In this document: positions 18,818-28,427 of the stretch, piece by piece
Layout: the number at the start of each line of letters is the position of its first letter
How positions within the stretch are numbered: position 1 is the first letter of the stretch
From: an uncultured Solirubrobacterales bacterium
GTDB lineage: Bacteria; Actinomycetota; Thermoleophilia; Solirubrobacterales; Solirubrobacteraceae
Length of the DNA: 64,000 nt
Direction of reading: 5' to 3'
Assembly: GCA_963785435.1 (NCBI GenBank)
Contig: CAWAVE010000008.1
Coordinates: forward strand, 178,191 to 242,190
Notes under the pieces: generated by a model
Databases searched by the model: none
Told to the model about the DNA's origin: nothing
What the model saw: the letters and a program-made list of their open reading frames with translations, nothing else
Position numbers and translations under genes: made by a program

Positions 18818-19898
18818 GTGAGCGGGTCAGCTTCGTGGGGCCTGGGATACTCAACGCGGCCGCTGCAGCCGTAGCATCAGAGGCTCTGAAAGCACTGTTG
18901 AGTACCTGCTTTTGGTGCTCGCGGATCGCTTCGATCTCGGTGCCATAGAGCTGCTGCAACTCGATACGGGCACCAGCCGTACTCAGCTGACCCGTAGCGT
19001 TCGTGACGATCTCGGCCATCTCGTACAGCCGCTCAGAGGCGCGCATCTGCGTAACTCCGTCGGGAAGGCTGATCGGACGCTCGACGACGGGAGATGGGTC
19101 CTCGGTCAACCCGACCTGGATGGCAGCAGCAGCATCCGCAAAGAAGCCCGCGAGTGTCTCGCCGATGTTGCATACCTCGGTTATGTGCTCAAGAGCAAGA
19201 GCGCTCACGTTCCATGAGCACATGACCTTCATCCGTCCAGGCATGAACTCGTCGCGCTTGATGGCTCGCTTTGCGAGTCGTATGGCTCGGGCGCGGTGTA
19301 CGCGAAGGGTCTTGTCGTCGCGCTTGGTCATGAGCCACGTGTGGTGTTGTGGATCGGCAGCGTCCCAGCTGTTCTGGCGACGGTTCGGAATCCACAAGCC
19401 GCGTCCTTCCGCACGTGCCAGGCCGACAATCAGATCGACATATGGGTCGACCGGACCCCAGGCATCGACATCGACGGTCTCGTTGAATTCGAACTTGATC
19501 GCGCGGTTGCCGTCGAGATTGACCGTTGCATCCGGGTAGCCTCGAGCGCGCAGGCGGGGAGCTATGAACTCCACGAACAGCTGGATGAACGCCTCAGGGC
19601 CACGGCCGGTAGCGCCAGCGTCAGGGCCAAACGCCCGGAACTCATCAAAGCGCCGGTCAATCAGGACGCCGCAGTCGGCATCTTCCAGAGGCTTGTTGTG
19701 AACGCCGTGCGCGATCGAACCGGAGACATAGCTATCACGAGCGGCCTGGTGCTCCATCGCGATTGCGAGTACTAGGTCTCGCCGGCTCTTTGCCACCGCA
19801 AGTACCGGCATCGGTACTGCGATCTCTTTGAGGATCTCCTGCAGGACGCTATCTACCGGGAGCTTGCTGCCGGTAGTACGGGTCATGAGGCTGGACAT
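18807..19898 (-). CDS. putative cGAS/DncV-like nucleotidyltransferase (Pol-beta superfamily, CD-NTase-like), 363 aa
   Basis: ATG 19896-19898 with AAAGGAGG RBS; GS-x10-[ED]hD motif (SGSIAHGVHNKPLEDADCGVLID), third acidic VDPYVDLIV, later basic helix + SWNVSALALEHI resembling the conserved C-terminal hydrophobic cGAS/OAS motif. Confidence 0.55.
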   Translation of the reverse strand: MSSLMTRTTGSKLPVDSVLQEILKEIAVPMPVLAVAKSRRDLVLAIAMEHQAARDSYVSGSIAHGVHNKPLEDADCGVLIDRRFDEFRAFGPDAGATGRGPEAFIQLFVEFIAPRLRARGYPDATVNLDGNRAIKFEFNETVDVDAWGPVDPYVDLIVGLARAEGRGLWIPNRRQNSWDAADPQHHTWLMTKRDDKTLRVHRARAIRLAKRAIKRDEFMPGRMKVMCSWNVSALALEHITEVCNIGETLAGFFADAAAAIQVGLTEDPSPVVERPISLPDGVTQMRASERLYEMAEIVTNATGQLSTAGARIELQQLYGTEIEAIREHQKQVLNSAFRASDATAAAAALSIPGPTKLTRSHGA

Positions 19899-20384
19899 TG
19901 GACCTCCTTTAGCTCGACTACTAGAACGCGTGAGGGCACCACACCCTCGACAGCCATATGAAATCAAGAGGTGCGGACGGTGACCTGCAGAAAGTTGGCG
20001 GCCCGCCACCCAGGGTGGTTAGGTCCGGGTACAGGCGGGCCGCCGAAGCGTTCCAGCAGAAGCGCCGCAGTTGTATCGGATACGGCTGATGGACGTTCTC
20101 GCGAGCGAGCGGCCCTGGTGCTAAGTGCGGACTGTGCGGCCCGGCGGTAGGGGGCCTCCCGGCTCCCGTACCTCAGATTCCGAACCGCTCCTCATGGAGC
20201 CGCCGAATAAGGGGCCACGGAGATTTCGAGAACCTTTCCGCCATCCCCGAGACGATGCATTTGCTCGAAATCTAGGAGTCTTGTTCGGGGCTCTGCTCAT
20301 GGATTCTGATCGCGTCTGCGGCCCGGTGTCGTGCTTGCCGACCTACTGGGTCCATGAGATGCTCAAGAAGGCGGTCGAGGATGG

Positions 20385-20750
20385 GGTTCGCACGTTGTCC
20401 CGGTCTCCCCGCCATTGGCCTTATCTTCGTTGTTTTCCCTGGAAAATCGCTACTTTTGGTGTCCGGTCGCTCAGGGGCCAAATGGTCGATGTACGAACCT
20501 GGGTTCGCAGCTTGTCCCGAAGCTCCCGCCATTGGCCTTATCTTCGTTGTTTTCCCTGGAAAATCGCTACTTTTGGTGTCCGGTCGCTCAGGGGCCAAAT
20601 GGTCGATGTACGAACCTGGGTTCGCAGCTTGACCCGAAGCTCCCGCCATTGGCCTTATCTTCGTTGTTTTCCCTGGAAAATCGCTACTTTTGGTGTCCGG
20701 TCGCTCAGGGGCCAAATGGTCGATGTACGAACCTGGGTTCGCAGCTTGAC
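20385..20750. repeat. 117-bp direct tandem repeat, 3 full + 1 partial copies; each unit contains internal inverted repeat (ggccaaatgg/ccattggcc) and a degenerate tRNA-3'/att-like core (gggttcgcagcttgacccgaagctcccgcca)
   Basis: gccattggcc recurs at 20411, 20528, 20645 (period 117); last unit switches to tactttaccc as at recombinase 3' ends. Confidence 0.9.
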
Positions 20751-21556
20751 CCGAAGCTCCCGTACTTTACCCCCGCCCTCCCTGTCGCTTCTTCGTGCCG
20801 GTTCTCGAAGAACGGCAGGAATGAGGGCTTTGGTTGGACCGCGACGACGCGGCCGTCGTCCAGCCATACGCCGTCGAAGATGAGGCTCAGGAACTGGCGC
20901 TTGTTGGCTGGGTCGCCCTCGTTGGTCCAGAAGATCGTGAAGTCTTCGAGCACCTTGCCGGCCTGGTCGAGATCGGGGATCGGTCCTGGAGCGAGGCTGG
21001 ATAGCTCGGCATTGATGGCGTCGCGACGGGCCACGTATTCGGGGCGGGGGAGGTCGCCGAGTTCGTAGAGATCGCGCATCCTGCGCAGGCGCTCTTCCAG
21101 CGCCCCCTGCCGCTTCGCGGTCTTGCCCGCGGTGGCGGCTGGGTTGGCGAGGCGCTGCAGGATCTCTTTCTGGATAGTGCGGCTGGGCGTGAAGCCAGTA
21201 AGGAACTGCACGAGCTGCTGCTCGACGCGCTCAGCGGGCGTGATCGGCTGGTCGCAGGAACGGTTCGCGCGACGGGTCGAGCAGTAGTAGCGGGCTTTCA
21301 GGTCTCGGCCTCCGCTGCTGCCTTGCATCTTTGCGTGGCAGCGCTTGCAGCGCGCGAGGCCACGCAGCACATACTTCGGTGACGGCCTTCCTGGCTCGAG
21401 TGTGCGGGCACGCTCCCGGCGCATCTGCTGCACATGGTCGAATAGCTCCTCAGGCACGATCGCCTCGTGCAGACCTTTGATCGCCTTCGACTTGTCGCGG
21501 CGCCCGGAGACGTAGCCGCAGGATTCGATCGCGATCGCGTTCGCGCCGCGATATCA
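20705..21556 (-). pseudogene. truncated large serine recombinase (recombinase domain + zinc ribbon + C-terminus; catalytic N-domain missing)
   Basis: In-frame TGA at 21557-21559; upstream of it sequence is unrelated; retained part has CKRCHAKMQG..YYCSTR zinc ribbon and recombinase-domain segment IESCGYVSGRRDKSKAIKGLHEAIVPEELF. Confidence 0.75.
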
Positions 21557-21577
21557 CAGGTCGACAACGACTTCATC

Positions 21578-22030
21578 ATGGAGCTCGCCGAGGCTCCGTT
21601 GGAGTGGATGATCGGCCTGCCGCCACATGAGGAGGACAGTTGGCGTCAAGAGGCGCTGATTGAGCTGCACGATGTGCCTGCAGGTCATGAGCAACACACC
21701 GTGGGGACGTTCGATTACCGCGATGCGATGTACGCGTTGGAGGATATCCATAGGCGTTACGGTCTCCTGAGCAACCTCTCCGTCGTGCCTCTTGGGTCAA
21801 AGATGCAGGCGGTCGGAATCACGCTGTTCTGCGTAGCACGTCCAGACATTGCCGTTGTGGTGGCTCAACCGCGCGAGTACAATGCCGCCGCTTACTCATG
21901 CGGTACGCGAGCATTGTGGCATCTACCGTTCGTCCCAACCAGCGACATTCGCCACCTTCTCCGGACCGTCGACACGATCCGGCTTGAATCGCTCGAGCAG
22001 CCACGCGAGCCCGACATTGTGCAGCCCTAG
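21578..22030 (+). CDS. hypothetical protein (150 aa)
   Basis: ATG 21578 (MELAEAPLEW..); ORF track extension upstream overlaps recombinase remnant. Confidence 0.4.
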   Translation: MELAEAPLEWMIGLPPHEEDSWRQEALIELHDVPAGHEQHTVGTFDYRDAMYALEDIHRRYGLLSNLSVVPLGSKMQAVGITLFCVARPDIAVVVAQPREYNAAAYSCGTRALWHLPFVPTSDIRHLLRTVDTIRLESLEQPREPDIVQP

Positions 22031-22139
22031 GTGTGGACGGCTTTCAACTATCGTTGCTCTGCGGGTGATGGTGACCGCGTGGAAGCCCGTCACTACTTAT
22101 AACACCGTCGCCTTCGCGGCGATTCCCCGCGCTCCAATC

Positions 22140-22450
22140 CGCTCGCAGTCTGATCAAATGCGGGCTCCCGATCCGATCCCCTACGTCAGCCAACCTGCGG
22201 TCGTCTTGGGGTTTTCGGCCTATTCCCAAGCGTCCCATGTAAGAACGCGCCGCGCGCGGTTTGACGGCGACGATCGTGCCGTCGTACTGCCAGATCTGCA
22301 GAGCGTTGTCAGTAGGCGGTGGCGCTCGGCGGGCGAGGTCTCGGCCTCCCAGAACGCCGCGAAGTCCAGCAGCAGCCGCTCGGCTTGGGCGCGCTGCGGG
22401 TCGGCGGGTGGCGCGAGCCGCTCGACCTCGTCTTGGACGGCTTGGCGGCG
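22140..22450 (-). pseudogene. degraded C-terminal remnant of a serine recombinase (frameshifted)
   Basis: Translations LLDFAAFWEAETSPAERHRLLTTL and QIWQYDGTIVAVKPRAAFLHG (different frames) parallel VLEDFTIFWTNEGDPANKRQFLSLIFDGVWLDDGRVVAVQPKPSFLPF of the 20.7-kb remnant. Confidence 0.45.
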
Positions 22451-22600
22451 CAGCGCTTTGGTTCGAGCTCTGCCTTGATTTGGGCCCACTCGTAAACCAC
22501 GACCCTCACGAAGATGCCACGTCCCGAGCCTTGACAAGCCGCGCCCGCTTAGCGAGACTGTTCGACTGTTTAGACCCAATGGCGAGGGAGGGGCCGGGAA

Positions 22601-22918
22601 ATGTCGTCTTCGATCGTGGTGGGGCCGGGAGACGCGAGCGTCAGAACGGTGGAACTCGCGTGGTCTGAAGTGCTGCTTGAGATGTCGACGCCTGAGAGTG
22701 CGGCTCAGTCGGCAGCTCACGGCCTAGGGATCGATCCCGTTTCCCTAACCCAAGCCAAGGTCGAGGTAAGCCAGCGTGAGGGCGACTTGGGGGTCACGTT
22801 TCTTGTGATACTAGGCGCCCCCGTCGCCAAGCATGCACTCGTATCGCTGTGGGACGATCTAGTGCGCCCAAGACTTCGGGCCAAGTTCGGCGTAGATGGT
22901 GGTCCGCACGTCGACTGA
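22601..22918 (+). CDS. hypothetical protein (105 aa)
   Basis: Stop overlaps next ATG (TGATG) - translational coupling. Confidence 0.4.
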   Translation: MSSSIVVGPGDASVRTVELAWSEVLLEMSTPESAAQSAAHGLGIDPVSLTQAKVEVSQREGDLGVTFLVILGAPVAKHALVSLWDDLVRPRLRAKFGVDGGPHVD

Positions 22919-23967
22919 TGCAGTCGGTTCCCGTACCACACGAAGACTGGCCACGCAACCGACCGCAAGAGATCGCGCTTGCTGCACGGATAGTTATGCT
23001 GTCTGCCGCCGCCAAGACGTGCCCGCCAGAAGGAGGTACCGACGGGCAGCGCGCGCTCATTCAATGCATTCAGCTAGCGACGCGCGCAGAAAATGTGGAG
23101 GGCCAAACATTCGACATGTTCCTGTCGCACGCTATTGCGACTCTAAGAGATCTCGCGGCGACGGTGCTCCAGCACGACTCCAAGATCAAGAGAACCATTG
23201 AAGATGTCGAAGCGTCGACGCCGCGCGACACCATAGGGGAAATGTACTCGCAACTTGTGCAACTCGTCTCTAACGCGTACGCTGATGCTCTCGGGGAAAA
23301 TATCGACGTTCCACTGGAGCGTACAGTGCGAATGACTCCCCCGAAGGATGCGCCGTTCGACCTATGTGGCCATGTGCCGCAAACGCGAACAGCAGTCATG
23401 CTGGTCCTCTATCTTGCCGACTTTGATCTTAAGTCGCTGGCGCTCCTTCCTCGCGTCCTGGCTCACGAGCTCGTCTGCCACGTCGGCGCTCGGCACACGG
23501 ATCTTTGGGAGCAGCCTCCAACGCCAGAGTGCCGCCAGTTCTTCTCAGATGGCTTTATGGACTGCATCGCGTGGCGACTTTTGCTGATCTGGCTCGACAC
23601 CGGAGACATCCCGTCCGCGACGGTCGTAGGACACCTTGAGGAGACTGAGGTTCCATACGCGTATCATCGTCCGGAGATATTCAGCGCCGGACGCGGGGCG
23701 TGGGGAAATTGCCGCGCAGCCGCGGTGCGGCTGGGGTCGGTCAGCCGTAACAGCAATGCGACCGACTCGGCTCGTAACCGCGCCGCAGCCGAATACGCCG
23801 CTCTGGAAGCCGCGATGCGGTTGAACGCATCCGTCAGCTCGATACGGCCGAAGGACAGGTTCGCGCTCAGCGCCAGAACCGCAGAGACGGCCGCCACCAC
23901 GAGATTCGCGGAGCTAGTCTCGGGGCACGCAACGCCTGGGCAACTACTGGAAGATTACGATTCGTAG
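22918..23967 (+). CDS. hypothetical HExxH-motif protein (349 aa), possible minimal zinc metallopeptidase
   Basis: VLAHELVCHVG with downstream Glu candidates (WEQ/PEC); first of lower-GC operon. Confidence 0.55.
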   Translation: MQSVPVPHEDWPRNRPQEIALAARIVMLSAAAKTCPPEGGTDGQRALIQCIQLATRAENVEGQTFDMFLSHAIATLRDLAATVLQHDSKIKRTIEDVEASTPRDTIGEMYSQLVQLVSNAYADALGENIDVPLERTVRMTPPKDAPFDLCGHVPQTRTAVMLVLYLADFDLKSLALLPRVLAHELVCHVGARHTDLWEQPPTPECRQFFSDGFMDCIAWRLLLIWLDTGDIPSATVVGHLEETEVPYAYHRPEIFSAGRGAWGNCRAAAVRLGSVSRNSNATDSARNRAAAEYAALEAAMRLNASVSSIRPKDRFALSARTAETAATTRFAELVSGHATPGQLLEDYDS

Positions 23968-23989
23968 GAACTTTTGCCGGGCATCCGAT

Positions 23990-24015
23990 AGTTTCGGTAG
24001 CATAATACCGAAACT
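23990..24015. promoter_or_regulatory. perfect 10-bp inverted repeat agtttcggta-gcataa-taccgaaact upstream of 604-aa gene
   Basis: Read directly, in AT-richer intergenic segment. Confidence 0.4.
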
Positions 24016-24032
24016 AATCTAGATCCAGTCCA

Positions 24033-24210
24033 GTGTCAGACCTCTCGTCCCATACGCTGCGCGTGCTCCGGGCCGCGCTGAAGCTCAAGGCATTTACCAT
24101 GCCACAACTCGCGACAGAGGCAGGAGTCAGCTATGAGTCGGTGAAGCGCACCGTCCGGGGGAGAAGGGGACCACCATGCGCCCCACCGGGCAGACTGAGC
24201 CGCGCGGAGT
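24033..24210 (+). CDS. possible small HTH DNA-binding protein (~59 aa), below ORF-track cutoff
   Basis: Translation ...HTLRVLRAALKLKAFTMPQLATEAGVSYESVKRTVRG resembles an HTH; overlaps start of downstream gene by 35 nt; GTG start uncertain. Confidence 0.3.
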
Positions 24211-25990
24211 AGGTCGTCCTGCGGAAATTTGGGAAGTCGTTGATCGGGCTCCGTTGGAGGAGAGACTCGCAGCCGTCGGTGAGGAGCTGCGCGTCACCCT
24301 TCCGAATGAGCTTCCCTCCGACCTCCCAGAGGTCGTGAGCACGGATGCGACCCTTGCGGTCGCGGAAAATGAACTGGTCTTCGCTACGCGTGCCCGCGAT
24401 CCGGTAGACGCAGCGACGTTTGCGCGTCACGCGATCGCGATACTGCAGGATACGGGAATCTCCCTAAATAACTCTGATGCCGCGATCTCGCCGCCGGGGA
24501 CTCTCGTTACGGAAGACAATCTAACTGAGCGCGAAGCCCGCGCCTCTATCGTCGGCGCACTAGCAGAATTCATTGTCAGTGACGAGGCCAGCGGCCTAGG
24601 CGGGCCGCTCTGGCGACACGCCTTCCGCCGCCTCTCGTCTGGAGTGTTGGCACAAGGCCTCAGTGTTCAGCAGCACTTCCTTATCGACCTTGTACGCATC
24701 GCCGACGAACGCATCACGGCGCACGATACTCTTCGGCGGCAGCCTCGAGAGCTAGCCGACTGGATCGTCGCACACCTCGAAAGCTCGGCAACCACGAGTC
24801 CGGACAGCCAGGACGACATTCGCCCGACAGATGAGCACACGAGGCTTGCCCTTGCGTGCTTGATTGCTGAAATCGCCTCGGGTGCCCGCGACCTTAGCGC
24901 TGATGCGCGCGAAAGGTTGCACCTCATTGTTCGCCAAGGGTTCGCTGCTGGGGGTGCTCCGCCATCGACCACTGTGAAAATGTTGGTCGATGGTCTTTGC
25001 GAACTAGCCCTCTCGGATGACGGGGAGGCGGCCGGCGCGGCGCGTGAAACACTGCTAGTGATTCGCCAGCCTCGCAGTAGCGACTTCTGGTATCGACTGA
25101 GATGGGCATCGCCCGACGTGTCCATGCCAAAGATATTTGAGGGTCTTGCCCACATCGATCTCGCGGAGGCGTTCTCCTACCTTCAGACCGAACTCGCCGA
25201 GTCGGACGCGGTCGAGGATGTAAGAAACGTTCTTATCACGTGCCTTCCGGCGCTTGACTACAGCAACCGCACGGCCGCCCAGGACCACTTCGCAGAATTC
25301 CTAGCTACCGTTCCGGTTGATCTCCGGATCCAGTTCGCGCCGCTTCCGACGGTTGCCGGACTTACCTGGCAGCCCGCTCCATTTGAGAGGCTTCTTGTTC
25401 GCCACTTCCTTAGCATCTTGATGCGTTGGCGTGCATACGCAAATAGCGATAGTCGAGACCCGCGTGTTCTTCGCCAGACCGAAGCCCTTGCACGCGAGCT
25501 TAAAGCTCTTGCCGCCGAAGTGCTCCTTCTTATGAGCCGTGATGAGCGGCGACGTCTCAGCCAGGTCCTAGCCGTAAACCTTTTCGATCAGCCCGCGGCC
25601 TCCCTTTGTGTGCCATTGCTACTGGAGCTAGGACTTGAGTCGGACGTCGCCCGCTCAGTGATCGAGTCAGCGCCTAGCAACGAGGAAGCATGGACTGAGA
25701 TAGCGGATTGGTATTGGGATGTCTGCCCGCGGTCTGAACTAGACGCGGGCCGTCGTAACGCACTTATTGCTGCGCTACGTGCCGGGCTTAAGCAGTACGG
25801 TGACATCTTTCTTTTCGCTCTCGCTAAGCGCGCATTGTCAGAAGGAGAGCTCTTGAGCGAGCTGACGGACAATCCTGACCTGGAGCCGAGAATCAAGCTT
25901 GAGCTTGAGATCGCAATGACACAGTCCTACGGCACCGCGGCAACGGACCTTGAGGCAGTGGTAAGCAACTTCGACGAATCGCTCGAATAG
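24176..25990 (+). CDS. hypothetical large protein (604 aa), predicted all-alpha, no recognisable catalytic motif
   Basis: ATG with GAGAAGGGGA RBS; lower GC. Confidence 0.7.
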   Translation: MRPTGQTEPRGVGRPAEIWEVVDRAPLEERLAAVGEELRVTLPNELPSDLPEVVSTDATLAVAENELVFATRARDPVDAATFARHAIAILQDTGISLNNSDAAISPPGTLVTEDNLTEREARASIVGALAEFIVSDEASGLGGPLWRHAFRRLSSGVLAQGLSVQQHFLIDLVRIADERITAHDTLRRQPRELADWIVAHLESSATTSPDSQDDIRPTDEHTRLALACLIAEIASGARDLSADARERLHLIVRQGFAAGGAPPSTTVKMLVDGLCELALSDDGEAAGAARETLLVIRQPRSSDFWYRLRWASPDVSMPKIFEGLAHIDLAEAFSYLQTELAESDAVEDVRNVLITCLPALDYSNRTAAQDHFAEFLATVPVDLRIQFAPLPTVAGLTWQPAPFERLLVRHFLSILMRWRAYANSDSRDPRVLRQTEALARELKALAAEVLLLMSRDERRRLSQVLAVNLFDQPAASLCVPLLLELGLESDVARSVIESAPSNEEAWTEIADWYWDVCPRSELDAGRRNALIAALRAGLKQYGDIFLFALAKRALSEGELLSELTDNPDLEPRIKLELEIAMTQSYGTAATDLEAVVSNFDESLE

Positions 25991-25997
25991 AGGGCGA

Positions 25998-28427
25998 GTG
26001 ACTACTGCGCGCGCTCAACGATTTCTCGAGGCATTTTCTGCTGCGGTACACGACCGTACTCTGGAAGAGAATAACTATCAGATATATCATTTCTTTGACG
26101 CTGACGTTCTCCTGCGGCTTATCTTTGGCTTCCGGGATGCATTTAACCTTCAGCTGATTCTCGACAGTAAAGCAAAAGATACTGATGGTTTGTCTGGCCA
26201 GAGGCTCCTTATGGGTGCGCTGTTGGGGCAGGGAATAGGTACACCAACGAACCTTCGCGCTCTGCCGCCCCATCTTTACGAGGTGCAGCGCGCGGTATCG
26301 ACGCGACGACCGATGGACTCACAACGCTTTCAATTTATCTCTGATCTCCTCGAAATCGATGAGCTGGTAGATGACCTCGTTAATGCGCTGCGAAATGATG
26401 ACCCGGATGCGCTTTTTGAGCGCTTTCTTCACTATAGTCCCCAAATATTCTACGGGGTGGAGCTTCTTAGTGGCGGGTGGGAGTCGAGATTGCGACGACT
26501 ACTGCGGCTAGGAATCGGATCCGGGAGTCCGCTCGATAGCGGCGCGGATATCCTTGAGAGTCAGGCTTTCGACCTAATTCTCCGGCATGTTGATGCCTCT
26601 CAACGAGACGACCAGTCTCGAGGCAGGGCAGGCGGTATATCGGGAGTCCGAGATGCCATGGCGCTCGCGCTCGTCGCTCGTCATATTTCCGAGTCGACGG
26701 TACAGCAGCCTCCCTTTGCAGTAATGAGATTCTATACGGAGACCGACAGGATTAGGCGAGCCTGGCGCAATAGAGACGTGCGCGACACACTAACCTATGA
26801 GATTCGAGAGCACGAGATTCCATCAATGGATCTCGGCGAGCACGGCGTTCTGCGCACCACCGAGTACTATCTCATCCGCGCTTTGTTTCCGAGGCTCGCC
26901 TATCTCGAAGACCCGCCTTCCCACGAGAAGGATGTGTCAGCACAGAGCCTCGTACGCGAGAAAATATTGGATATTTACACCATCGGGGACGAACTTGCGA
27001 AGACCGCGAGACGGCTAAGGCTAGGGGGGGTAACCGAGACGGCGCTAGCCGAGTTTCGTGTAGGAGATAGCACAATCGGGCGCTTTATGGACGAGGTAAG
27101 CGACTTGTCGTCTTGTGGTGCTGCTTGGGAACAGCTCATGACCACCCGCGTGCGGCCAGGTATCCCAGAGAGATTGCTTGAGCAGCTGACGAGAGTGCGC
27201 GAAATGAAAGAAGAGCGAGCAGACGACTTGGCCCAGTCACTTGAGATGCAAATTGGCATGCTAGATAAACGGACGCGAGAAGTCGCGGTATTCACCGAAG
27301 CGTACGTGCATGTGCATGAGGCGCTCGTCCGGTGGAAGGGTGCCGTGAGGCCAAGGTTCGGACGGCTCGGCGATCACGTAGGGCTTCGCCGGTGGGGTTT
27401 CTTGGTGGACGATATCGATGAGGAAGCTCTCGCAAATCTTGTCGACGCATACGATGACTGGCGGTCTGAGGCTAACGGCGACACTTCTGTCTGGCGCACT
27501 CACTTCACGATCGAACTTACACATCGGATGAGAGACCTAGCAGGAGCCCCATTGAATGACGGAGACGAAATAGGATCAGCTGTGGCGCTGCTCGGGTTCC
27601 TCTGGCTTATCGAGGACTACGCTTCGATCGCTAACAGAGGGCGAGCCCTCTTGGACGGAATTGGTTTCAGGCTCTCGCGTAGCGGGAGCGCACTCGCGAG
27701 AAAGAGCGACGCCGACGGGATGTGGGAAAGGGTTGGAGGTGCGGTCGAGAATCTGATTGCGGTTGCTGACGTAGCCCTTCTAGCCGCCCGGGTGCAGGAC
27801 GAGCCTCGCTCTCCAGATGTGGACGAGCTAGTTGCTCAGGCGCGGTCACGGGCTGCGCACCTTATGCCACCCCATCGGCGGTTTCCTGCGACCGAGAGTT
27901 CAATTGCCTTTGGTGGCGCATTTATTCGTTTTCGCATCTGGCGGGCGCTAAACCATGTCTTGATGGCGATAGGTGTCGGTGATGCACAGCGGCTTAGACA
28001 TCCGGCACTCGCGAAAGAAAGCCTTGAGATGAGCTCTCGCGCTCTTGAACTCACTGATCGTGAGGATCCCATGCACATTCTCCTTCTCAATCACTGTGTC
28101 TATGTGGCGAGTATCGCAGGGCTCCAGGTAGACAATCTTCCTGACCTAGTGCGCCAGTTGATTGCTTACAGGCCCGTAGGCACGCTGGAAGGTGGCTGGT
28201 CATACCACCTTGACTGTACCCTTGCTTATCATTACTATCGGCGTGCGGCTGCACTGATCGGCCACAGCGACCGCGACGCGAGGCTCGTCGGATCAGCTCG
28301 TAAGGACCTTCGGGAGGCGGAGCGGTGGCTTGATCTGGTGCCTGACGATGTTACTGACGCTGAGGTCATCGCCCATCGTGGATTGGTACGTGAGCTTGAA
28401 GTTGAACTGGAGGCATGGTTAGACTGA
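25998..28427 (+). CDS. hypothetical large protein (809 aa), no recognisable motif
   Basis: 8-nt intergenic gap to upstream gene (operon); lower GC. Confidence 0.75.
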   Translation: MTTARAQRFLEAFSAAVHDRTLEENNYQIYHFFDADVLLRLIFGFRDAFNLQLILDSKAKDTDGLSGQRLLMGALLGQGIGTPTNLRALPPHLYEVQRAVSTRRPMDSQRFQFISDLLEIDELVDDLVNALRNDDPDALFERFLHYSPQIFYGVELLSGGWESRLRRLLRLGIGSGSPLDSGADILESQAFDLILRHVDASQRDDQSRGRAGGISGVRDAMALALVARHISESTVQQPPFAVMRFYTETDRIRRAWRNRDVRDTLTYEIREHEIPSMDLGEHGVLRTTEYYLIRALFPRLAYLEDPPSHEKDVSAQSLVREKILDIYTIGDELAKTARRLRLGGVTETALAEFRVGDSTIGRFMDEVSDLSSCGAAWEQLMTTRVRPGIPERLLEQLTRVREMKEERADDLAQSLEMQIGMLDKRTREVAVFTEAYVHVHEALVRWKGAVRPRFGRLGDHVGLRRWGFLVDDIDEEALANLVDAYDDWRSEANGDTSVWRTHFTIELTHRMRDLAGAPLNDGDEIGSAVALLGFLWLIEDYASIANRGRALLDGIGFRLSRSGSALARKSDADGMWERVGGAVENLIAVADVALLAARVQDEPRSPDVDELVAQARSRAAHLMPPHRRFPATESSIAFGGAFIRFRIWRALNHVLMAIGVGDAQRLRHPALAKESLEMSSRALELTDREDPMHILLLNHCVYVASIAGLQVDNLPDLVRQLIAYRPVGTLEGGWSYHLDCTLAYHYYRRAAALIGHSDRDARLVGSARKDLREAERWLDLVPDDVTDAEVIAHRGLVRELEVELEAWLD

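Larger units (their letters stand above)
700..20400. mobile_element. Putative integrative (conjugative-like) element 1: serine recombinase at left edge, cargo, NTase operon at right; bounded by att-like tRNA fragment (left) and 117-bp att-like tandem repeats (right)
   Basis: Recombinase + MTase + replication-relaxation + T4CP genes, low-GC patches, att-like motif CCGTCGCTCCCG at both ends; boundaries inferred, not proven. Confidence 0.45.

Noticed and set aside
20385-20750. Possible CRISPR array
   Set aside because: The repeats are directly adjacent with no unique spacers, the unit is 117 bp rather than 28-37 bp, and no cas genes are present.
20125-20883. 252-aa plus-strand ORF and 147-aa minus-strand ORF (20272-20715) with internally repeated 39-aa peptide
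   Set aside because: Both are simply translations of the 117-bp tandem repeat (117 = 39 codons). They have no start context or RBS, and the repeat is better explained as att-like DNA than as a repeat protein.
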